From: Bacilli bacterium
GTDB lineage: Bacteria; Bacillota_I; Bacilli_A; RF39; UBA660
DNA: 64,000 nt
Assembly (NCBI GenBank): GCA_022791775.1
Contig: JAAVZT010000003.1
Coordinates: 38,980 to 102,979, forward strand
Reading direction: 5' to 3'
Shown: positions 19,507 through 27,390 of the stretch, in pieces
How positions within the stretch are numbered: position 1 is the stretch's first letter
Layout of the letters: each line of letters begins with the position of its first letter
Notes under the pieces: model-generated
The model's input: the letters and a program-made list of their open reading frames with translations, nothing else
Database searches by the model: none
Told to the model about the DNA's origin: nothing
Program-made: the position numbers and the translations under genes

Positions 19507-20130
19507 ATGAACGAAAATGAAAAAGTAGAAGTCGTAAAAGCAATCTTAGAAATGAACAGATTGAAATGGAATGAGGACCCAAGTTTTACCAAAGAATTAA
19601 TGGATTGTACAGATGCAAAATTAGCTTATTTCTTTTTCAAAAATTTGCAAATTTTAAAAAGTCAAAAACAAACTAAGATTAGACAAAATTATGTTTCTAA
19701 TGAATTATTTCAATATATGCTCCTGTTAATAAAGCATACGAAAAGAAGCGATCTAGAACAAGAAGAAATGGAACAAATTCGAAAAGAATTAATCAATATG
19801 AGACGAAAAGATTTTATACCAACCGAAGATAAAAATATGCCATTATTTAATCCTATTAAACTATATTTCAATTCACCAGAAGAGCTAGATGATATTCTAG
19901 CACTATGTCTATATTTTCAAATTCAGCAAAAACCATTCAAAGAAAATGATTTCGTCATTCAAAAAATCAAACAGTATTTTCCATTTATCACTGATTTTCG
20001 CCAAAGTTTAATTCGTATGCAAGTTGCAAATTGGGAAAACAAAACATTAGAAGAAAAACGCAAAGCTGTAATGAAATGCCTAGATAAAAACCTATCTTAT
20101 CCTGATTTAAGAAAAACGAGACAAAAATAG
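19507..20130 (+). CDS. hypothetical protein
   Basis: ORF only. Tightly linked to the previous ORF (8-nt gap). Confidence 0.35.
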   Translation: MNENEKVEVVKAILEMNRLKWNEDPSFTKELMDCTDAKLAYFFFKNLQILKSQKQTKIRQNYVSNELFQYMLLLIKHTKRSDLEQEEMEQIRKELINMRRKDFIPTEDKNMPLFNPIKLYFNSPEELDDILALCLYFQIQQKPFKENDFVIQKIKQYFPFITDFRQSLIRMQVANWENKTLEEKRKAVMKCLDKNLSYPDLRKTRQK

Positions 20131-20171
20131 AAAGATAATTTACTTTCTATTTTTAGTTTGCTAAACTAAAG

Positions 20172-21065
20172 ATGAGGGATAAAATGAAATATCAACAGAA
20201 ATTTATCGAATACTTACAATATGAACGGAATTATTCGGATCATACTATTATAAGCTATCAAAAAGAATTAGAAAAATTTTTTGAATATTTAAAAAGCAAT
20301 CATATTCCGTATGAACAAATCACCAAAAAAGAAATTCGCACCTATTTAAAACATTTAGACAGCTTAAATTATACCAATACTACAATCGCTCATCATGTTA
20401 GCACCATCCGTACTTTTTACAGTTACCTAGTACGAAAAGGATATTTAAAAACAAATATTTGGACGCAAATTGAAAATCCTAAAATTACGCGTCAAATTCC
20501 GAATTTTCTTACTACAATGGAATTAGAACAATTATTTACCCCAAAGTATTTCACAAATAGTTTTGAAATTCGAAATCGATTCATCTTAGAATTACTATTT
20601 GCAACTGGACTACGAGTTTCGGAGTTGATAAATATTAAAGAAAAGGATATCGATTTATCCGAAAATTGCATTCGTACATTAGGAAAGGGCAGAAAAGAAA
20701 GAATTGTTTTTTTTGGAGATTATGCAAAAGATATGTTAATTCTTTATCAAACAAAATCTCGCTCAGAACTACTTGGAAATATAAAAAGTGAATATTTAAT
20801 GGTAGGAAAAAAAAGGCCCAAACTTACGCGTCAAAGAATTTCTGAAATATTAAACGAAGAAGTAAAAAAAATAGGTCTTCAGCACCATATTTCTCCTCAT
20901 GTATTAAGACATACTTTTGCGACACAATTATTAAATGGAGGAGCTGATATTAGAAGTGTCCAAGAATTATTAGGACATGAAAGCCTTAGCACTACACAAA
21001 TTTATACTCATATTACCAATGATCAGCTTCGAAAATCATATTTAGATAATATGCCTAGAAAATAA
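20172..21065 (+). CDS. xerC: tyrosine recombinase XerC/CodV
   Basis: Phage-integrase N-terminal SAM-like domain, catalytic core with the R...HxxR...Y arrangement (LRHTFATQLL, ...IYTHIT). Sits in the conserved position after topA. Confidence 0.8.
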   Translation: MRDKMKYQQKFIEYLQYERNYSDHTIISYQKELEKFFEYLKSNHIPYEQITKKEIRTYLKHLDSLNYTNTTIAHHVSTIRTFYSYLVRKGYLKTNIWTQIENPKITRQIPNFLTTMELEQLFTPKYFTNSFEIRNRFILELLFATGLRVSELINIKEKDIDLSENCIRTLGKGRKERIVFFGDYAKDMLILYQTKSRSELLGNIKSEYLMVGKKRPKLTRQRISEILNEEVKKIGLQHHISPHVLRHTFATQLLNGGADIRSVQELLGHESLSTTQIYTHITNDQLRKSYLDNMPRK

Positions 21066-21238
21066 TATTTTCTATTTAAATGTCATATAAATGATTTAAT
21101 TAAATATATTCTACCAAAAGATAACATAAAGAGTATTATAGAGTATGAAAAGTAATATACATGTTTTTATTTATATATATATTCTAATTTCTATAGTTAT
21201 ATGATACAATAAAAAAAGAATAGAAAGTGGGAATATAA

Positions 21239-23860
21239 ATGAAATACGTATACTCTTTCGTAGAAGGTAATAAAGATATGAAAGAAATCTTAGGTGGAAA
21301 AGGTGCTAATCTAGCTGAGATGACAAATCTAGGTCTTCCAGTTCCCCAAGGATTTACAATCACAACGATAGCTTGTCAAAATTATTATGAAAGTGCAGGA
21401 CGTATCAAAGCTGATATTGTAAACGAAATCATATTAAATATCAAAAAATTAGAAACAAATACAGGTAAAACGTTTGGACAAGGAAAAAATCCCTTATTAT
21501 TAAGTATCCGTTCAGGTTCTCCTATAAGTATGCCTGGAATGATGGATACCATTTTAAATTTGGGAATGAATGAAGAAGTGGCAAATTCATTGATAGATTT
21601 AACTCAAAATCCAAAGTTCGTCTATGATTCTTATCGTCGTTTTATTATGATGTTTTCCGAAGTAGTGAAAGGATTCCCAAGAGATATTTTTGAATCTCGA
21701 TTAGAAGAATATAAAGTAGCTAGAAATGTGCAAAAAGATATTGATTTGAGTGCCGAAGATTTACAAAGTTTAACAAAAGATTATTTAAAAATATATGAAG
21801 CATTAAATAAAAAGCCATTTCCAACAGATCCAACCCGTCAGTTACTTGAAGCCGTATCCGCCGTATTTAGAAGCTGGAATAATGAAAGAGCAATTTATTA
21901 TCGAAAAATAAATAATATACCAAATAATTTAGGAACAGCAGTGAATGTACAAGAAATGGTTTATGGAAACATTGGTACCAATTCGGGTTCCGGGGTTGCT
22001 TTTACAAGGAATCCTTCAACTGGTGAAAATGAATTATATGGGGAATATTTAATGAATGCTCAAGGAGAAGATGTGGTCGCAGGAATACGTACGCCATCTC
22101 CCATTCAAAATTTACAAATTCAAATGCCAAACGTTTATCAAGAATTTCAAATATATGCCAAGCGCTTAGAAATGCATTATAAAGAGATGCAAGATATGGA
22201 GTTTACGATTGAAAACGGAAAATTATATTTATTGCAGACAAGAAATGGAAAAAGAGCCCCAAAAGCAGCCTTAAAAATAGCAGTAGATATGAAAGAAGAA
22301 GGATTAATTAGTGAGACAGAAGCCCTAATGAAATTAAATCCCCTTGATTTAGAGCATATTCTTCATCCTAACTTTGCCTCTATAGACAAATTGCCAATTG
22401 CCAAAGGGTTAGCAGCCAGTCCTGGTGCAGCAGTAGGAAACATATTTTTTAGTGCGAAAGATGTCATTCTTGCTCAAAATTCTGGCCTCAGTCCGATTTT
22501 AGTTCGAATGGAAACAAGTCCAGAAGATATTGAAGGAATGAATCATGCTAGAGGAATTCTAACAATCCGTGGTGGGGTGACTTCTCATGCAGCTGTAGTT
22601 GCTAGAGGTATGGGAATTTGCTGTATTTGTGGTTGTGAAGAAATCGAAATAAATATCGATAAAAAAGAACTGTATTTGAAAAATGGAACAATTTTAAGAG
22701 AAGGTGATTTGTTATCGCTAGATGGCAATACTGGAAATGTATATTTAGGAGAACTTCCGTTAGCAGAAAATAAAGAAAACTTAGAATTAGAAAAATTTCT
22801 AACTTGGGCTGATTCAAATGCTTCCATTAAAGTTCACGCTAATGCAGATACTGAAAAAGATTGTATAATGGCCAAAAAGCTAGGAGCAAAAGGAATTGGA
22901 TTATGTCGTACAGAACATATGTTTTTTGAAACAAATCGTATTTTTTCTTTTCGGAAAATGATTTTAGCCAAAACTATGCCAGAAAGAGTTAAATATTTAA
23001 ATGAGTTATTGCCATTTCAAAGAGAAGATTTTTATAAGTTATTTAAAATTATGACTCCAAATTCTGTGGTAATTCGTTATTTAGATCCTCCTCTTCATGA
23101 GTTTTTACCGAAAAACGAAGAAGAGAAAAACACTTTGGCCCAAGCGCTTAATATTAGCAAGCAAGAACTAGAAATTAGAATTGACTCCTTAAAAGAGTTT
23201 AATCCAATGATGGGCCACCGAGGCTGTAGATTAGCAGTAACATATCCAGAAATAGCGATCATGCAAACAAAAGCAATTATGGAAGCGGTAATTTTATTAA
23301 ACCAAGAAAATAAAACGATTTCTCCAGAAATTATGATTCCGCTCACTTCTGATCAAAAAGAATTTGATTACGTAAAAAAAATGATCGAAGATACTGCCAA
23401 TAAAATAATGACGGATCATCACGTTAAAATTGACTACAAAATTGGAACAATGATAGAGCTTCCTAGAGCATGTATTCTTGCTGACCAAATCGCTACAACT
23501 GCTGAATTTTTTAGCTTTGGAACCAATGATTTAACTCAATTAACTTATGGTTTTAGTCGTGACGACTCTCCAAAATTTTTAAAAGAATATCAAAATCGAG
23601 AAATTCTAGAAATAGATCCATTTAAAACAATTGATCAAAAGGGCGTAGGATCACTCATGAAAGTTGCTGTAGAAATTGCTAGGCAAGAAAGACCAAACAT
23701 TTCGTTAGGGATTTGCGGAGAACATGCAGGAGATCCAGAAAGCATTGCCTTTTGCGATGAGATAGGACTAGATTATGTTTCTTGCAGTCCATATCGAATT
23801 CCCATTGCTCGTCTAGCCGCAGCCCAATCAAAAATAAAACAAAGCCAAAAGAAGATATAA
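21239..23860 (+). CDS. ppdK: pyruvate, phosphate dikinase
   Basis: 873 aa; PEP-utilising phospho-His region GGVTSHAAVVARGMG; N-terminal ATP-grasp and C-terminal PEP/pyruvate-binding domains. Confidence 0.9.
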   Translation: MKYVYSFVEGNKDMKEILGGKGANLAEMTNLGLPVPQGFTITTIACQNYYESAGRIKADIVNEIILNIKKLETNTGKTFGQGKNPLLLSIRSGSPISMPGMMDTILNLGMNEEVANSLIDLTQNPKFVYDSYRRFIMMFSEVVKGFPRDIFESRLEEYKVARNVQKDIDLSAEDLQSLTKDYLKIYEALNKKPFPTDPTRQLLEAVSAVFRSWNNERAIYYRKINNIPNNLGTAVNVQEMVYGNIGTNSGSGVAFTRNPSTGENELYGEYLMNAQGEDVVAGIRTPSPIQNLQIQMPNVYQEFQIYAKRLEMHYKEMQDMEFTIENGKLYLLQTRNGKRAPKAALKIAVDMKEEGLISETEALMKLNPLDLEHILHPNFASIDKLPIAKGLAASPGAAVGNIFFSAKDVILAQNSGLSPILVRMETSPEDIEGMNHARGILTIRGGVTSHAAVVARGMGICCICGCEEIEINIDKKELYLKNGTILREGDLLSLDGNTGNVYLGELPLAENKENLELEKFLTWADSNASIKVHANADTEKDCIMAKKLGAKGIGLCRTEHMFFETNRIFSFRKMILAKTMPERVKYLNELLPFQREDFYKLFKIMTPNSVVIRYLDPPLHEFLPKNEEEKNTLAQALNISKQELEIRIDSLKEFNPMMGHRGCRLAVTYPEIAIMQTKAIMEAVILLNQENKTISPEIMIPLTSDQKEFDYVKKMIEDTANKIMTDHHVKIDYKIGTMIELPRACILADQIATTAEFFSFGTNDLTQLTYGFSRDDSPKFLKEYQNREILEIDPFKTIDQKGVGSLMKVAVEIARQERPNISLGICGEHAGDPESIAFCDEIGLDYVSCSPYRIPIARLAAAQSKIKQSQKKI

Positions 23861-23878
23861 AAAGAAAGGATGTAAAAA

Positions 23879-24856
23879 ATGATCGCATTAAGTATAGGTC
23901 AAACGACATATGATATTAATTTACCAATAGATAGTTACCCCTTGGAAAATGGAAAATATTATTTAAAAGAAAAATTTGAAAGTGTTGGGGGAGGAGCAGC
24001 TATTGTAGCTTGTTTACTTGCTAAATGGAATGTAGAAACTTATTTTTCTAGTGTAGTAGGATATGACGAATTTGGAACATCTATCAAAAAAGAAATGGAA
24101 AAATCAGGAATTAAAACTTCTTTTTTGGAAACCATTTATGATAAAAAAACGTCCTCTTCCTTTATTTTAATGAATCAAACCAATCATAGCCACACAATTT
24201 TTAATATTCAACCTGAAGAGTATCATTTAAAAAAATATGAATATGATATGAATCCAGATGTCATTTATTTAGATGGTTACGAATATTCTGCTACAATGGC
24301 AGCCATTAATAAATATCAAACTGCTAAAACAATATTCGATGCTTCAATTCCATCTAAACAAATTATAACTATGGCTAGAACAGCTAAATATTTAGTTTGC
24401 TCTTTAGAATTTGTAGAAAATATAGCAGGAATGAGAGCAGACTTTAATAATCCAGTATCTCTTTTAACCATCTATAAACGTGTAAAAGACACTTTTCCAA
24501 ATAATGAAATTATTATCACATTAAAACAGTATGGAGCGTTATATTGCATGAACAAAGAAGTGAAAGTCATGCCACCTTTAAATGTAGCAGAAGTAGATAG
24601 GACAGGAGTAGGAGATATTTTTCGTGGTGCTTTTACTTATGCAATTGGTCAAAATTATGATATAGAGAAATGCGTTCGTATTGCAAATATTGCAGCAGGA
24701 CTTTCCACAACCAAAAGGGGAGGAAAAGATTCCATTCCGTTATTAAGTGAAGTGATTCAAAATTATGAAAGTCGCTTTGGTTCTATAAATCCTCCAGAAA
24801 TTCAGCAACCGAATTCATCACAAGTATCGGAACCACCTAAACAAAATACAATATGA
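23879..24856 (+). CDS. PfkB-family carbohydrate/nucleoside kinase
   Basis: GGGAA N-terminal motif and DRTGVGD anion hole near the C-terminus. Confidence 0.7.
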   Translation: MIALSIGQTTYDINLPIDSYPLENGKYYLKEKFESVGGGAAIVACLLAKWNVETYFSSVVGYDEFGTSIKKEMEKSGIKTSFLETIYDKKTSSSFILMNQTNHSHTIFNIQPEEYHLKKYEYDMNPDVIYLDGYEYSATMAAINKYQTAKTIFDASIPSKQIITMARTAKYLVCSLEFVENIAGMRADFNNPVSLLTIYKRVKDTFPNNEIIITLKQYGALYCMNKEVKVMPPLNVAEVDRTGVGDIFRGAFTYAIGQNYDIEKCVRIANIAAGLSTTKRGGKDSIPLLSEVIQNYESRFGSINPPEIQQPNSSQVSEPPKQNTI

Positions 24857-25116
24857 ACAACTCATTTTATCCCACTTTAGATGTTCATGGAGAAACAAGA
24901 GATACAGTCGTATATCCTGTAAAAAGTTTTATTCAAGATAACCTAAAACTTCAAAAAAAAAGAATTGTTATTATCCATGGAAGAGGCGAAGGCATTTTAA
25001 AAAAACAAGTTCATGAAATTTTAAAAAAACATCCGAAAGTATTAAATTATTATATAGATGGAATGAACCTAGGAGCTACTATGGTAGAACTTAAAATCGC
25101 GAAATTTGACAAATAA
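24853..25116 (+). CDS. Smr-domain protein
   Basis: LDVHGETRDT...IIHGRGEGILKK, the Smr signature. Confidence 0.6.
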   Translation: MNNSFYPTLDVHGETRDTVVYPVKSFIQDNLKLQKKRIVIIHGRGEGILKKQVHEILKKHPKVLNYYIDGMNLGATMVELKIAKFDK

Positions 25117-25171
25117 AGAGAAACGTGGTATATTAAAAAAGCAATAGGAAATAATAAAATTATACAGAAAT

Positions 25172-25200
25172 TTGACAATTTATTAATTATATGTTATAAT
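25172..25200 (+). promoter_or_regulatory. near-consensus sigma-A promoter (TTGACA - 17 nt - TATAAT)
   Basis: Exact -35 and -10 hexamers with a 17-nt spacer, 34 nt upstream of the 25234 ORF. Confidence 0.5.
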
Positions 25201-25233
25201 TAGCATATCAAAGAATTTTTTAGGGGGTAAAAA

Positions 25234-25653
25234 ATGAAAGGTTATGTTTTAGATTATATTGATGAAAATGAATTTCGCAAATTAGAAAGAGCTTTAAAAA
25301 AGTATAATATGTTAGCTTTTAAAAAGCTAAACTTTGAATATTATCCAGCATTAAGAAGTGGACAATTTTTAGGAGAATTAGTTTCACAAAATAAGAAAAA
25401 TGGAACTGAAACTTATGAATTAAAACTTCCAAGTGACAAAATGTTTGCTCAAGTTCATGGAGAAGTAAAATTAGTATATACCGTTTATAAAAAAGAAGAG
25501 ACAGTAATGTTAGATAAGATTACACCTACAGATATTTTACTAGAAGGACATAAATCTGAACTTACTACTTATAAAGGTATCATGATTTCTAAAGCGAATG
25601 CTTCAAAAGATATTTTTAAAATAGATTTATTAAATCGATTACAAGAAAAATAA
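25234..25653 (+). CDS. hypothetical protein in a standalone transcription unit
   Basis: ORF with a GGGGG ribosome-binding site, its own consensus promoter and a strong terminator. The C-terminal region KLVYTVYKKEETVMLDKI..GHKSELTTYKG loosely resembles the RelE/ParE C-terminus. Not confirmed. Confidence 0.4.
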   Translation: MKGYVLDYIDENEFRKLERALKKYNMLAFKKLNFEYYPALRSGQFLGELVSQNKKNGTETYELKLPSDKMFAQVHGEVKLVYTVYKKEETVMLDKITPTDILLEGHKSELTTYKGIMISKANASKDIFKIDLLNRLQEK

Positions 25654-25685
25654 AAGCTATTAATAAAAAATTGCCAGTAATTTTA

Positions 25686-25720
25686 CTCCAATTGAGTTTT
25701 ATCCTCAATTGGAGTTTTAT
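25686..25720 (+). terminator. rho-independent terminator with a perfect 11-bp stem
   Basis: ctccaattgag / ctcaattggag inverted repeat followed by TTTTAT. Confidence 0.65.
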
Positions 25721-25922
25721 AATTTAAAGAACAATCTTAAGATCTGCAGATCATTTATAAACTCCCGTTATGCAATTATTTATATTCATAATGAAAAAGA
25801 AAAAACAATATTTTTCTTACATATAGGTTTTTTACAATTTATTATCCCAATTTGCATAATAATTAAAATAATTCTAGATTCTAATTTTAGTAAAATAGTC
25901 TTTAAATTTTAAGTTTATTAAT

Positions 25923-26063
25923 TATTTCTCTATATTTTAAAAAATCTTTATTTTCTTTATCAAAATGAATAGATTCATATATAGTTCTAAATTTACCATT
26001 ATTTTTTAATACTTTATATATTCTTTGGAATATTATCATTTAATCATCATAATAACTCTAAAC
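25923..26063 (-). pseudogene. remnant of a class I SAM-dependent methyltransferase gene (C-terminal fragment only)
   Basis: The minus-strand translation MIIFQRIYKVLKNNGKFRTIYESIHFDKEN... looks like a methyltransferase post-motif region (RVLKPGG-like). The upstream frames are broken by stops. Confidence 0.3.
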
Positions 26064-26140
26064 CATAACGACTGATTAAAATAGGAAAAGAGTTCGAGTT
26101 AATCAATCAATGGCCTAAAAAAGGACGTTCAACAACTTTT

Positions 26141-26737
26141 TTAAGAATATATATGTTCTATTCCTAATTCTTTGTATGTGTAGTATTTCTTTAAAATTTT
26201 CCCTATAACAATTATATTATCTTCTTGATAAGTTTCTAGGTGCTCAAGGTATTCGGAATCTAACAGTATTAATTCTCCATTTTTTTTCATTTGTAAAATA
26301 AATTTATTTGCTGGATCTATAATATACTTATTATTCAATAAGATTGCTTGATGGTTAGCTTTTTCGATTGCAGGATTTACTTTATACCAAAGTCCAGTTT
26401 CATTATCTACTAAAATGTATATTAAAGATGGATGAAAATTTAAAATACACAATAAATCATAAAGAAATTCTGCAGCATGTCTACAGCAACAAATACCATA
26501 CATAACTTGGACTCTTTGATTTATTTCTACAGGTAATCCCAAATAGTGGAAGTTATTATCAAAATTAATTGTTCTGTTTATGCTAAAAAAACCACTATGA
26601 AGCATGTGAAAAACTATTTTTGAATATTCTAATGCATCTTTCGCATCGTATTGTTGCAAATAATTTCTTAGATTAAGTAAAATTATTTTATAAGCATCTT
26701 TAATAACTTTCTTATCATCATCAGTAAAATTTAACAT
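26141..26737 (-). CDS. hypothetical protein with a Cys...His...Asp arrangement (possible papain/transglutaminase-like cysteine peptidase)
   Basis: YGICCCRHAAEF, later KANHQAILLNNKYIIDPAN. No TM segment. The fold assignment is an inference. Confidence 0.4.
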   Translation of the reverse strand: MLNFTDDDKKVIKDAYKIILLNLRNYLQQYDAKDALEYSKIVFHMLHSGFFSINRTINFDNNFHYLGLPVEINQRVQVMYGICCCRHAAEFLYDLLCILNFHPSLIYILVDNETGLWYKVNPAIEKANHQAILLNNKYIIDPANKFILQMKKNGELILLDSEYLEHLETYQEDNIIVIGKILKKYYTYKELGIEHIYS

Positions 26738-27032
26738 ATTAATATCTCCTTAAAAAAATTATTTATCACACGTTCATGGATGAGGCAATGTACAAGTGTG
26801 TTTACTAAATTGATATAATTTAGTAGAATGATTGTTTCAAGAATAATATTTGCAATAATATATTTGGAGCATTTAATATTAGGGGATTGCCAATTATACT
26901 ATTAATAAAAAAATCACCTAACTCAGCAAAGACTTAGGTGAAATCAAATATCTTGGCAGCAATCAACTCAGCAAAATGGAATGTTCCATTTTTGTTTTAT
27001 GCAAGTTCTATTGATGAATACATAATATCATA

Positions 27033-27064
27033 AAACGACTTTTTAACAAGTCGTTTCTTTTATA
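27033..27064 (+). terminator. rho-independent terminator (9-bp stem)
   Basis: aaacgactt / aagtcgttt stem, loop tttaac, then CTTTTAT. Confidence 0.5.
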
Positions 27065-27092
27065 CTCGAAAAATTCGCGTTTAATATCAATT

Positions 27093-27177
27093 TGGTGCAG
27101 GCGAAGGGACTTGAACCCCCATGGATCACTCCGCTAGATCCTAAGTCTAGTGCGTCTACCAATTTCGCCACGCCTGC
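27093..27177 (-). tRNA. tRNA-Leu (anticodon TAG)
   Basis: The reverse complement folds as a cloverleaf: GCAGGCG acceptor stem, anticodon loop CTTAGGA, long variable arm, encoded CCA. Confidence 0.85.
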
Positions 27178-27188
27178 ATATTTTAAAA

Positions 27189-27265
27189 TGGTGGACCTTG
27201 TAGGACTCGAACCTACGACCGACCGGTTATGAGCCGGTTGCTCTAACCAACTGAGCTAAAGGTCC
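27189..27265 (-). tRNA. tRNA with a CAT anticodon, probably tRNA-Ile2 (lysidine), possibly elongator Met
   Basis: Reverse complement GGACCTTTAGCTCAGTTGGTTAGAGC...CTCATAA...GGTTCGAGTCCTACAAGGTCCACCA. The acceptor C4/C5 resembles ileX-type tRNAs. Confidence 0.8.
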
Positions 27266-27390
27266 ATTGCTATTTAATGATAGCACAAAAAGAAATTGCA
27301 TGCAAGTAAAAGATAACACAGTTTTAAATCGAATCCAAATTAGAATTAAATTGATAATTTTGGGAACTATGATATAATAAATATCGATAA

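Noticed and set aside
25709-25912. A 67-aa ORF in the AT-rich gap after the 25234 gene
   Set aside because: No ribosome-binding site, low-complexity Ile/Phe/Lys composition, and it lies in decayed DNA next to the methyltransferase remnant. It is more likely a chance ORF.
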